Part shown: positions 10,246 to 22,925 of the stretch, in pieces
How positions within the stretch are numbered: position 1 is the stretch's first letter
Layout of the letters: each line of letters opens with the position of its first letter
Assembly: GCA_965202585.1 (NCBI GenBank)
Contig: OZ241826.1
Location: 93,992,001-94,056,000, forward strand
Origin: Thalia democratica
Lineage: Eukaryota
DNA: 64,000 nucleotides
Reading direction: 5' to 3'
Position numbers and translations under genes: made by a program
The notes under the pieces: model-generated
What the model saw: only the letters and a program-made list of their open reading frames with translations
Told to the model about the DNA's origin: nothing
Databases searched by the model: none

Positions 10246-10626
10246 ATGGAGTGTACTGATCGTGATATGCAAGCTTGCAACCATTATTTTGCTAAAAGAG
10301 TTCATAATGAAATAGATTTTTTGTTTCCGAAACCCTTGTATCCAAATTTAAGTATCAATTACAATGAAGGATGCAACTTTGCTTTCATTAATTTCGGAGG
10401 TACAGGCGTACAAGGATGTGTGAAGTATAACAGATTTTATATTTCTGTCGACCCGTTTCGCCCTGGTAACCAAGTTACAAATTGTAGTTACCCATTTTCA
10501 CCATATGTCATAACGGGCAGGTTGATGTTGGATGATAAGTTTAAGAACGTTCATTTTTCTTGGTTAAAAATTGAGGATTTGGAAGCAGATCTTATTGGTT
10601 TGGAAAGAAAAGCTAGAAATTGTTGA
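10246..10626 (+). CDS. 126-aa orphan protein, copy A
   Basis: GC-richer ORF with an acceptor-like TTTTTAG shortly upstream. The paralog at 49562 has the same length and an intact frame. No recognisable domain, no signal peptide. Confidence 0.8.
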   Translation: MECTDRDMQACNHYFAKRVHNEIDFLFPKPLYPNLSINYNEGCNFAFINFGGTGVQGCVKYNRFYISVDPFRPGNQVTNCSYPFSPYVITGRLMLDDKFKNVHFSWLKIEDLEADLIGLERKARNC

Positions 10627-13600
10627 ATATGCTGTACTGTGTTGCTAAAATTTTCTAACAGTGACTTAGTTTTGTTATATATAAATATGTTTGAACTTTG
10701 ATGTTTTTGTTAACAAGGTAATGCTATTTAGTTCTGCATTTGTCGTTAGAAAAATTAAAATCAACAACAAAGCAACTGTGTAAACTGTGCAGTAATGTAA
10801 ACATTTTTTAATAAATCTTAATCTTATTACTTCGCTGTTATAGGTTTGCAAAGTTGTTGTTATTAATTGTATATGTTGTAAAAATTGAACAAATAAAGTT
10901 AAAGCGTTTAAACTTAAAATCTCAATGAATCTTATAACTTTTATTGAAAACTTCAATTAAAAATAAATATAGTTTGGCAATACTAATAGTCACTTCGATA
11001 CTTCAATCGATACTTCAATGCAAATATTAACAACGTTCGATTTTAGATAAAATAAAAATTGCCAACAGTTTTCATGTGTAAGCATAACCGTTTTCCTTTA
11101 GATTTGTTATAAGTAGTTCTAGCTTACGTAAGTAAATATACTAAACTTAGCTTACTTATATATAAAAACGAACTTTTCAATAAACAAAAGTAAAATCTTT
11201 CAGAAAATAGAGTTGAGCTTCGTTATCGAACTGATTAAAAATATTTAACATTTATTCCTAACCCTATATACAAATTGCGTTGTGTGATTCTTTATTGACA
11301 CATCTTGAAATTTTTCATACTTACATATAAACGTATTATAAATGACATTTTTATTACAATTTATATTTAGAACCCTAACATTTTTTACTTATTTTTACAT
11401 ATATACAATAAATGACACTCTTGTTTTGTAGTCAACAACAAAATTGTTCTACTAGTTCTTTTTTCCTTAATAACAATTAGAAGTATTTTAAATTCCTAAG
11501 TCTTAATCTAATTAAACTCATAAAATAACTTATTGAGAGTCAGACATCTACATCTTTCAAAAAGAATTAAGAAATATTTTGTAAGAAACCAATTAAGTAA
11601 CGCAGCTATTAACTAACTATAAAAATCATAAACATCTAACGATGCAATGTTTCAAAATATTAGTTGAAAGATATAAAATAAATAGATTTTTATCCTATGT
11701 TAATTTTAACTTTTTTTTAATAATTTGAGCAACAAACATATTATCAGTTTTTGTTTGCAATTCATAATTGTTCAAAAATAAAATTGTCGTAAAAAACCAT
11801 GAATCTTATCTTTCTTTTGTATTGTCATGTTTATAAATATGCTTTCAAATAATTGTTTTTTTTAACTTAATAACTTTTAAATTTTACAAAATCATAATAA
11901 AACTGTCTAACTCAAAATTACTTAATCTAACTTAGTTTGTTTTATAAATACTAAAAATTAAGCTTAGAGTAGTTAAATAAATACTGAAATTTAACCCTAG
12001 GTATAAAATTTATTATAGTTACATATATGTATGAAACTAAAAAAAGTCTTTATAGGTTTTTTATTTTGTATCTCTATACAATTATAGTGCGTTTATAAGT
12101 AAATTTAAACATAAAGTTTAGTAGTAGATTGTTTCAATAAGACTAAGCAATTAAAATTCATACATTAACTAAAGTTTATAACTTATTTTTTCTACATATT
12201 CAAAGAAAAGACACTATTAATTTTAAAAAAATAGAAAAAATTGTAACTAATTTTAATCATCATTACATCTTAGAACCTACAAATTGTATTTTTACATTTG
12301 ACAAAGACAAATTACTTTTTTAGTAGTGGTCCTTTCTATTATTTCTTAATAGTTTGATTTTTCGGAAATTAAATTGTCCGAATTTGAATAGTCGTGCACC
12401 TGTTATTAGTACAATAAGGTATTTTTAAGATATGCATAACTTAAATACATTATATTTCTATTAGGCAGTGAGTCACAGCTAGTTCAAACTTTCGTTTAGT
12501 ATTTTTAAAACTTAAGATAGCTCTTTAAAATTTTTATTGCAAAGCTTGAACTAATTCGAATAAGTATGCTTAATCTATGCTTAATTTTGTTATTTTAATT
12601 TTTATATTACACGTCTAGATTCTTATTAGAGATACGAATAATCAGGCAAAAATGTATAATGCATTTGATGTAAGTTGTTTTTGATCTACTACAAATATTT
12701 CAAGTTTAGAAAAACTTGTATAAAAAAAAAAAAAAAACTTATTACCAAAAGAAACATTTTTAAAAGCGAACTTATCCTAATGAAAACTTTAAAATTTTAA
12801 GTTTACATTAAAATTCAATAATATCATATATACTTTTTAAAAACTTAGGCAAGCGTTTACTTCTTTTTTCTAACTCGCTTCTAGTTTTAAATATTACACG
12901 GATTAATGAAAACTTGTTGTGTAAGGTTCTTTGATTATACTTGTTCTACCTCATCAGCCAATATCGTTTTCGTATGAAAACCAGGAAAAAAACTTAAACA
13001 ATCTAAGTTTATTTTATTATCAGATAGTTTTATTTTATCTAAATTTTTGTTTTAAGTCATTTTTAATCGTTTGAAGCATTATTAAAAACGGTGTAGTAAA
13101 AAGACGTGTTGAAAAAATACTTGGTGTTTGATTCATTTTTAAGTTTTTAGTTACAAATCTTATTTCAATTTTAAACTAATTCACGCTTAGTTTTAAAATT
13201 TTATATCTCAAATCCTAATGTTAAATAAGTTTAGATTTACATAGGTTTTACTGAAAATCATACTTTTAATGAAGACCAATATACCATATAAAATTTTAGA
13301 GTATATTATGCAGTAGAAAACTGTTTTTATGAATTTAGAATAATTAAAAGCTTTTCACAAAGATGGCCTTGTATGTTATATTAATGTTTTAGAAACAACG
13401 ATAAATATAACGCATTATTACTTCTATGTGTAAAAACTATGATAAAAGAAATTATAGACATACTAAGAAATTTAGTTAAATTTAGACTAGTACTAGACTT
13501 TAGTTTGTACAGACAAAAACTGGCAAGTATTTCCTAGAATTAATAGATTAGCATTTACCACAAAATAATCAACAAAAGCTGCATAAAATATCATATTGCA

Positions 13601-13985
13601 GCTCACCAAACATTATAGCCCTCATAAGTTCACACAACAAAAATATTAATTTTCAATCTAACCTTTAGATCGAATACTCCCTCTTATTATTTGTTTTACA
13701 CTCGATATTAAAATAAATAAAATAACCAACTCGTTTAAACATTTATATTTATGAAGTTAACTAGTCCTGGCTCATTTGAATAGCCAAAAAAGTGCAAAAA
13801 CTAAATTAAATATCGTATAAAACATAAAATTATTTCATAGCTCCCAATACTTTGTTTACAGCATATAAAAATGATATTATATATTTCTAAAAATTTCAAG
13901 TTAAAGCGTCACTAGGTATATCTACGTTTTCTAGAAAGCTTTATAAGAAAGTTCTTTTTTTTGATATTAAAAATTAATATAGAGT

Positions 13986-14444
13986 TTAATCATTTTCTCC
14001 ATCAGAGTAGGGCTCATCACCAACTGAATTGAGTCTTGTTCTCGAAAACTGATTTCGCATGTTTCGTGACGTCATACGACCTCTGTCGGGTATGTAAGTT
14101 ATTGGTTCTCTGGCATCTGCTTCCCTGACCCTGGCATCTGCTTCCCTGAGCCTGGCAGCTGTTTCCCTAAGCCTGGAAGCTACTTCCCTGTCCCTGGCAA
14201 TTGACTCCCCGTATTGCCTTATCAGACTTCCAAATCGTGCTATTGCAATTTCTGCTTGGGTATCAAAATTTTCATTTGAATTATCTTCGCTCGATAAAGT
14301 GCCGCTTGGTACTGATATTCTCTGTCTAATAACGTCTGTCACTTGTACATTATCTTGTACTGGACTTGTTCGTGCACTTTGGCCTTCTGAAGGTGAATCT
14401 CGTGTAGCTTCCGTTTGCTCGTTTGAGTTGGTGTTGCTACCCAT
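13986..14444 (-). CDS. 152-aa low-complexity orphan with a heptad-repeat coiled coil
   Basis: Open, GC-rich island. A 21-nt internal repeat (about 14112-14200) encodes ARDREVA/SRLRETA/ARLREAD/ARVREAD. AAACAAAATG start context with an upstream CAG. Confidence 0.7.
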   Translation of the reverse strand: MGSNTNSNEQTEATRDSPSEGQSARTSPVQDNVQVTDVIRQRISVPSGTLSSEDNSNENFDTQAEIAIARFGSLIRQYGESIARDREVASRLRETAARLREADARVREADAREPITYIPDRGRMTSRNMRNQFSRTRLNSVGDEPYSDGEND

Positions 14445-15605
14445 TTTGTTTATAAATAGTCTGTTTGTTTTTTGTTTGTTGAAATTATTTGTAATTATAG
14501 TTTCTAAATATGTATAATTGATGTAAAAATTTAAAATAATGTAAATTAAATGACTTGTTTAGTTTCTAGAAAAATATTAGAACAAAAACTTTATAAATGA
14601 ATAAGTGTGAGAGATAAAAAAATTACGATGAATGTTGTGCATAATACTTTCTTTAAATAACCAATTTAAACCTGCTACATTTTCAAATTAAGAAAGTGTA
14701 TTGCATTTAGATTTTTTTTTTCTTTAAACTGTTTAATGTATTTTAAATTAAATATTTTTTTTTATTAGTATAATATTATACAACATCTTTTGATACATAT
14801 TTTTTATGTGTTTTTTAATTAAATTATTTTAAAATCTTGACAGTATAACTTTGGAAAATTCACAAACTAATTAGCTGACACATTTCATTAGTGTTTTAAA
14901 CTAGTTGAAAAGCAAGTTTTAAATTTACATGTTTACTTTTACTTACCAGTGTGATGCGAATTGAAAATATTCCCAGTTAACCAGTAGAATATTTAAGAAG
15001 AGTTATACTGACTAATTATAAAATACAATCATATTAAAAAAACATAAAATAAGCGTTCATTCAAAATATTTGTGTAATTTAGACGTAAACTTGATTTTAT
15101 AGATGTTTTACAATTACTTAGACATAAAATCATTAGAACATTTTCAACTAAAATAAGATTTATTTTTAAAAAAACTGTTTGTTTAAATTTATTAACCTTT
15201 GTTTTTAATTTGCTAAATTAGATTTTTTTAAGTAAGTAATAATATTTTCTAAAAGATAGATGTCAAAAGTATTTTTTGATTTAAAAAAATTTAGTGTTAC
15301 TAGTTTTACATTAAGAAGGTTTACTAGATTATTTTGATAATAAAAACTTTGTAATTTACTAGATTTTAAAGATTAAAAGACAAATTATAAAATAAATTGT
15401 GAAAAATCAGTTAGTGCATATTATTTTCAAAGTGTTTATTTGAAATAAAATATTAAAGTTTTATTAATGTGTTAAAATTTATATAATTAATAGTAAAAAA
15501 AAATAATAAGCACTTTAGTCTCTAAAATATAAATAGTTATACTTTAAAAACTAATTAAATATATATAACTTGTACTTTAAGTTATTAAAAAAGAATGATT
15601 AGATG

Positions 15606-15853
15606 CTAACTTATCTATAAAAACATACATATAACAGATATAAAAAGTTTATTATTCAATATTTTCACTTGCAAAATTAAATTTTACCTTTTAAAGGATC
15701 TTTAGTACAATTTATTAAATGATGTCAAATAGAAACTTAACTAGTTGAAAAAGATTTAAATGGTAACTGAAGATCCCTAAAAGGTGAAACTTAGTTTTAC
15801 AAATAAAAATTTTGAATAACTAATCTTGTATGTGTAAAGTGTTTTTGCTTGTT
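15606..15853. repeat. Imperfect inverted repeat (hairpin or small MITE)
   Basis: Arm 15652-15708 (TTATTCAATATTTTCACTTGCAAAATTAAATTTTACCTTTTAAAGGATCTTTAGTAC) pairs with arm 15763-15819 across a loop of about 55 bp, with weaker pairing further out. Confidence 0.75.
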
Positions 15854-17899
15854 AGAAAGAATATTTTTAAATAACCAGAAAAGTCAAAAACAGAAGCATG
15901 AAAAAAGTTTAATAATTTTAAGAAATCAAGTCAAAATTTATAAAAAGTTCTTTAAATGCTTAAATTAGTACTAAATATAAAACTTAAATTAATTGCTAAA
16001 ATTACTTCTATAAATGAAACTTAATATTTTTTATGAAACGTTAAGGTTTTTCTTATGGATTAGGTGGTTAAACTTTTAAAAAATCAATTTTATAGTAATT
16101 AATTACAAAACCCAATTAGAAACTCTGACATATTTATTTAGTTTTATGTAATTAAACTCACATATCTAAATGCATAATATAGTAACTTTTTATGCTAACT
16201 CTCATATTTTCGAACAACACAATTCAGAATAGTATACGTGAAAACAATAATAGTTGATTTAATCCATATTATTTCTTTATAAAAACTAATTCTAAAACAA
16301 TGCTTTAGTAAAATTTAAAGTATTAGTGCAAAGGAATAAAAAAAGACAGTTTAAATATGTAGTTGTGGTTTACGACTCGATAACCGAAAGGTTTTCCCGT
16401 ACACCAGTTCCTTACACCAAACTTTTAGGCGTTTTTCTATCGTTTAGTAAACAATATAAATAGTTAGTGTTTTGTTGTTATGAAAAATAATATTTAAAGT
16501 TATAACTCACACTGTACTTTCAGAGCTTTAACGAGTTTAAATGTTAAAAGAACTTTTTATTAGTTTTTAGTTGTATTAAACTTATTGTTTACAGTTAGAA
16601 CATAAACTCACCTTCTCTTAGGTTAGTGCTTAGGTAAGAGTTTAGATTAAGATTAGATTTTTAAGTTTACCAACGAAATCCTTATAAATTTATTTGAAAT
16701 ATGCATATATTTTTTTAATTTACTGTAAATAAAAGTAATTAATAAATAAACTATTTTAAAATTCAATTATAAGAAGTTGAAAATGCAAACCAATATAATA
16801 TGTTTTAATACAAAAACCCTATATTCCTTACCAATTTGTCTTAAAAACAATTTATAACAAATTACGTATATCGAAAGCTTTACTTTATACCCAAATTCTT
16901 GTCAACAACAGTGTACGAAACCTTGGCAATAATTTGAAAAAACTGTAACTATTAAAGTTCTAACATACAAGTTTAAACACTAGATAGTAATAAAGTCATA
17001 AGTATAATAATTTGAAATTTCAATTGTATTAAAAACATTTATGAATATATTCAAAAAAGTTACAAAAACAAAATAAATTAAACAAAGAAAACATTGTTTA
17101 ACTTTTTTTTTGAGCTTAAGTTATTGTATCAAACTGAAATCACACGTCAAAATCCTTAAATTTAAGGACAATATGTACCTTTCACGCTACCTTAATTTTT
17201 AAAAATAAATAATTTTTTGAATACTGAATCTAAAATCAATGACTCAAGTGCAAATTCACATTATTTGATAAAATAAGCTCATTAAAAAAAAAATTGGACA
17301 AATAGTATAAGTAGCAGGAAATGAAAATATTTTATACAAGTTAAGTACATTACTAGTGTTTTGTTATCAATTTTTTGTATTAAACAAAATTTAAAAATCA
17401 AAATGTTTTTCTATAAAATTTTGATTCAAAAAAGCTAGTGACTAATTTTTAGTTATAATATAGTTGAAATTATCAAAAAATAATATATTATTTAAAGAAT
17501 ATAATTTCTATTATTATCTTATTTCGAATGTGTTAAATTTTTCCTAAACATTAATTATTAAAAGTCTCACTTTTTTTATTATTTGATTTATGTTAGTAAA
17601 CACTTGTAAATTATTTTTAAATTAAATTTGTAAAGTCACTATCCTAGTTTTCAAATTTCACTATCTTTTATTATTTATACCTAAACTTTTAAAAAGCAGC
17701 ATTTTTAAAAGTAACATATAAAAAATCTATAAACCAAAGCTTACTTATAGTTAAGTTTAATTTATTCTAAGCATGCCACTAATAATATCACATGCTTAAA
17801 ATCTATTAGTAGGAAGGTACATATAAATTGTGTACTTAAATTTTATATATGAAAAGTCCACATTTCCTTATTCTTAAATCCACATTCATAACCCATATT

Positions 17900-19190
17900 T
17901 CCCAGCTCAGAAGTGTCACTTACCTAAAATAACCTAGAATTTGACAATTTAGGCTTAAAAAAACCTGGAAAAATCTAGAACTTGAGAAATTTTGAAAAAA
18001 AAAAAAAGAAAAATATGAAATTTTGTTCAAAATCAATAAAAAAATCTGGAATTCAAAAAACTTTCACATGTTTAGTAGTAAAATTTTGACTTTACTCAAT
18101 AATATAATATATATTTTTTTTTTTCAACTAAAACTTTTATTCTATTAGTAAATATATTAAAGTAGCTTTACAGTATCTTTTCAATGTTTTACTACTATCT
18201 AATACAATTTTTTACCCTAAACTAAATTTTAAACAAAAATAGACTCGAAATGTGTACTTATAAAAATTTGGAAGAAATTTAAAAAACCTTGAAGAATTTT
18301 GGAAAACCTTGATAAATTTTTGAAAAAACTATGGCAACCCTGCCAACTCCTTTGTGGGTATTAAAGAAATGGGACCGTAAGCAGTAAAGGGGCTAAAGGA
18401 GGGCCATAAGTAGTAAAGGGACCACAATGGGGCAATAAGGTCATAATTTGCATATATTCTTGAGTTGATGATAAAGAGCAAAAATTTAAAGAAATTTAGG
18501 GACCATGAGATGTTAAAGTGACGCCACAAGGCCATGACTTAAGATTTACACTAGATATTATGAAATTGATGATGAAAAACAAAAATAAAGGTCTTAGGCT
18601 TTTTTAATTATAGATTTTTGAGAAATCTCCTCGGAGGTAGCAATAGGTTTTATTAGTTTAAAAAAATAAAGCAATTTGAAAAGGAAAAGATTTAGAAATC
18701 CTGATTTAAAGTTAAATGAAAATAAAATCAACAGTTTAAAAGACGTATTCTTTAATAATTAATTTTGTCAATTATACATGCCTGCCAAAAAACCTGGAAT
18801 CACTGAAAATCCTGTAACTTGCCTATTCAGGTTAAAGGAACTTGAAAAATCCTTGAAAATTTGTAAGAAAGGGAATTTTGAACAAAAGCACTAGAAACAG
18901 TGGAATTTTTAACAAAATAGACATGCTAAGTAGTAACATTTTAATTTGAAACAAAAAATCAACGATATCAATAAAAAAATTTTCTTTTTATCAAAAACTT
19001 TTATATATAATAAAATATTTTGAGTTGCTTCACAGTATTTGTTCAATGTTGTTTTACTACTTAAAAAAGTTTTTTACCTTAAAATTAGTCTTTAAACAAA
19101 AAATAGACCCAAAAAATGTACTTTTAAAATGCGTTAAAAAAACTTTGAAGATCTGGAAGAAGTATCTCAAAATCAATTGGTCAACCCTGG
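17900..19190. repeat. Two tandem copies of an interspersed repeat, each ending ..GGCAACCCTG / GGTCAACCCTG
   Basis: About 17900-18342 and about 18780-19190 share AAAAACCTGGAA, CTTGAAAAAT motifs, TAAACAAAAATAGAC and the CAACCCTG terminus. Confidence 0.6.
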
Positions 19191-20819
19191 TTCTAGAACC
19201 TTTTATCTCATTGTTATTTTAGTACCATAAGATATCTTAATAACAGGTTTTTGTGAAAACTGTTTAAAAAATTATAAGTCATGCTTACCTAAAGTAAATC
19301 AAGTAAAAATACTTATTTTTATCATTTAAGTTTTACTGTAAAGCTTTAACTTTGTTAGTTCTGATTTTTTTATAGTAAATAAATATACTTTTATGAAAAT
19401 TAAGCAACAGTATTTTTTAATAAAAAATCATCCTTTTTATTTAGCAGAATATAGCTTAAAAGCTAGAAAAAATATTATTAAGAATAAACATATTTTATTT
19501 TGTTTCTATATTTTACGTAGGACTGCTACTCTTTTAAGATATTTAAATTTGGCATTTAATAATTAACTCTAATAATTAAATCAAATTTATAGCAAACAAT
19601 TTATAGTTTGTTTAAATACTGTTTAATAACTGAATAATTAATATAATTTATTAAAAAATAATAGCTAAATGTAAGTATTGTATACAAGAAATATGTTTTA
19701 TCGTTGATTTTGTATAAATATAAAGCATCTTTTTAAATGTAAATGTCGTAGTATAAACTGAAACATATTTTCTATGAGATTTTTGTTTAAAATTAAAAGT
19801 AAGGTAAAATACTTTTTGATAGGGAACTACATTTTAAATTTTTCTTAGAAAATGAAAATACATTATTTGTATAAATTTTTAATTTTATTTACAATTGCAT
19901 ATTAAACATTAAACGAGTGTAGAATTAAGATATAATATCAAATTAATTTATATTATTACTTTCTGTCACGTAAAATACTTGTAAAAAATCTGAGAAAATA
20001 TTTTTACCTCCCTTTGTTTTTAAATAACAACTTTGAGTATGACCATGTATCTTATTTAAACATCTTTAGTAAAACAAGTTTTAAAACAAACGTTTTTATA
20101 TACAAACTAAACTTATGTTTAAAAGGATATAAAACTGCATTTGATAATTATTTAAATTAAATGGAAATCTTCAAATAAAAATTCTTGTTTATCCTAGTGT
20201 TTAAGAGAAAGCTTGCAAGGTCATGTGTTTTACTGATACAAGATAAATAGAGTAAAGATAAGGAGAAAATAAAGAGCAGACAACAGACAGTAATCCATTA
20301 CTAATGTAATGTCGAATGAAGTTAAGATTCAGCCACAGAGAGTGGTGGGAGCATTTGTAGCCACAGCCTGCTGCAGTAAACATGGTATTATGGAGTAGAC
20401 ATTTATATTCTTTTGTTGATTTTTATAAATTATTTTTTATGTAATTTTTCATAACCTTTTTTTTGCTTGCACTTCAAGTAGTTAAATCTTATTTTGTGTT
20501 ACTGAATCTCTAAGCATATTTCTGTTTGATTAAATCTTGTGTAAAAATTTGACCACGTTTAAAAGTATTTTATATAAAAAAAATATTTTTTATATTTTTA
20601 TTAAGGTTTGCTTTTTCTTAAATATAATAATCAAGTTATGCCTAGTTTTATATGCCTTTTGTATTATTAGTATCAGTATTAGTTATTTTAATGCTGTAAT
20701 ATTGCTATGTATTTGTTATTTATTGTTTATAACATTGTTTGTAAAAACTTTATAACCCTACGCATGCTTTTACTTATTAAACATCATAAAATAAAGTTAT
20801 ATATTAAACTATTAGTTAT

Positions 20820-21330
20820 TGGTAAAAAGTGTAATACTCACGAAGCGACATTTTCGCACAAAGACAATTTTGCATGGCATCAATTTTAAACAAAGGCTTA
20901 ATTTTGTACAAAGACAGTTTAGAATAAGTGGAAAATTAAAAAATAAAAATTTATTATATATGTATTTGCTATCCTCGGTCGTTAAATAATTTTTTCGTTA
21001 TTTTTAAATTATTTATTAAAAGTTTTTCAATTTAAATTTTTTATTTAACATTTTTTGTTATCTATATTTATATACATATATTCTATTACTGCTACCTCTA
21101 ACCCTTACTCTAGGTCGGTATTATTTTTTTGTATTTTTTTTTTCAGTATCTTTTTGCAAAATACTTTGGTTTTAATTCTTACTGTCACTGTTACCCTTGA
21201 CCCCTGCTCTCGGTCAGTAACTTGTTTTTTTGTATTTTTTTAAATTATTTATTTTGTTCATTAATTTTTTACTCTCCTGCGAAAATGACCTTTAGTCCAA
21301 AAATGTTTTTGTAAGTATTTGACCTACTTC
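20820..21330. mobile_element. Degenerate MITE of the TTTGCACG-array family with TAACCCTTAC motifs
   Basis: GACATTTTCGCACAAAGACAATTTTGCATGG on the left, GCGAAAATGACC on the right, internal CTAACCCTTACTCTAGGTCGGTA. Boundaries approximate. Confidence 0.5.
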
Positions 21331-21812
21331 CTAGTTTATGATATACGACTAATCTACTTGAGTCTTTAAAGTATTTGTTTTTGTTTTAATAAATTACAGT
21401 AACAATGTTAAATGTTCATAATAATACTATATAAATTAATAATATACTACACTAATTATCAAAAAAGATAAAAGGTTTTGCTGTTAAGCCTAAAACATTA
21501 TGCAAAAGTGTAGTAAAGGACATATTTTTTTGTTATTAAATTTGGTAGGTACAAGATTTTTTTTAATTATAAAAATAACCAGCATTTATAAAATGGGAAA
21601 TAAAATGTCTAAAATATGGAACTTCAATGAAATCCATAAAAATCGGCAGGAAAAATTTCAAAAGCTATGCAGAGAAAATTCTCCAACAGTCTTCAAGGAA
21701 AGAGATTTTAGTGTAATAAATTCTCAAGCAGGTATATTTTGTAACATGAATAATATATTTACTTTTTAATTAATATGTAATTAACTTGTAATTATATCTA
21801 ACTAAAACGAGA

Positions 21813-22578
21813 TAGGGTCAAAAAAACAAGGATGACACTTTAGCACAGAGTGACACTTTAGCACGAAGTGACATTTAAGTAATGTGTGACAATTTAGCAC
21901 GGAGTGACACTATAGCACAAAGTGTCACTTTAGCACAACATTACACTTTGGTACGGAGTGAAATTTTAGCATAAAGTTTATTTTGCAATTGTTTTTAATT
22001 GTTTCAATGACATTAGGTACTGTATTGTTAAAAAATTTAAAAACAAACTATGCAACATGTAAATTAAAATTAAATTTACAAACTTTAAATTAATTAAAAG
22101 TGTAAGCTTTAGTTAAAACTATGACAAAAATAAAATTAAATTTTTATTTACCTGTTTTGCTGAATAATTTAAAAAAAAATGATTTAATACTTTTATTTTA
22201 AAGTTTTCGACATAAAATTATTTCAACAAAGATAACAATAAATACAAACTCTAGGATTATTAAAACTTTTTTAAATGCATTAATTATCATCAATAAGGCT
22301 AAACGTTAAGCGTAAGTTGTAAATAAAAAGTGAGGTAGATAAAAATTAAGAACGTTTATACTTTATTTTAGGTCATAGTAAAAACTTTATTTATAATATA
22401 TTTAAGACGATATTTTTAAAAGTGTTTTAACTTTGTTTCACAATTATTTGTTTGTTTTGTTAAGTATTTTAAATAATTAAACCTTATTTAAATAAACGTT
22501 TCAAAAGATTTAAAATTATTACGTGCCAAAATGACACTCCGTGCTAAAGTGACACTGTTCTTTTCTGACACCTACCTA
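21813..22578. mobile_element. MITE with terminal inverted repeats and a GTGACACTTTAGCAC array
   Basis: Left array at 21830-21970; inverted copy GTGCTAAAGTGACACTG..GACACCTA at 22520-22575. Confidence 0.7.
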
Positions 22579-22925
22579 ACTAAAACATATATAATGAAGT
22601 ATGTATTTAAAAAGAAAAACAGCATTGTATCACTTTTTATTAAGCAGTTATAAAGCTTTGAATTATTTATGTAGTTTCTTGGAAATATTTTATAAAACAT
22701 AAATAATGTATGTATAAACAAGGATTACTTCTTTCTTAAATTCAGCTACAAAGAAAGTCTCAAAATATTTTTAAAGACACTGAAATAATGGAAAGTATAT
22801 TCAAGTATGCTTGATTTTAATACTATTGAATAAACAACCTTATTGCAGTTTTGTTTTAATTAGTGTAGAATAAATAACATTTTTCAGATACCTTTCCTGG
22901 AGATGTGATAAAATGCTTGAAAGTT

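Larger units (their letters stand above)
7622..12240 (+). repeat. Segmental duplication unit A (paralog of about 44461-52620)
   Basis: Colinear matches in the foldback, its spacer, the 126-aa gene and noncoding flanks, e.g. 9252 GCCCGTAATTTCATAGTT vs 49259 GCCGGTAATTTCATAGTT; 11780 AAAATTGTCGT vs 52184. Confidence 0.85.

Noticed and set aside
10675-10956. 93-aa minus ORF
   Set aside because: AT-rich 3' flank of the 126-aa gene, TTG start, and not conserved as an ORF in unit B.
14299-14517. 72-aa plus ORF
   Set aside because: Antisense to the better-supported 152-aa ORF.
18329-18540. GC-richer island and 68-aa ORF with a faint Gly-X-Y (collagen-like) rhythm on the plus strand
   Set aside because: Multiple stops and no stable frame; cannot be supported.
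19025-21769. Assorted 60-90 aa ORFs rich in F/L/I/K/Y/N (also at 28383, 33295, 33701, 41939, 50550, 50922, 52035, 54547)
   Set aside because: Composition expected from random AT-rich DNA or repeats; many have non-ATG starts; no motifs or paralogs.
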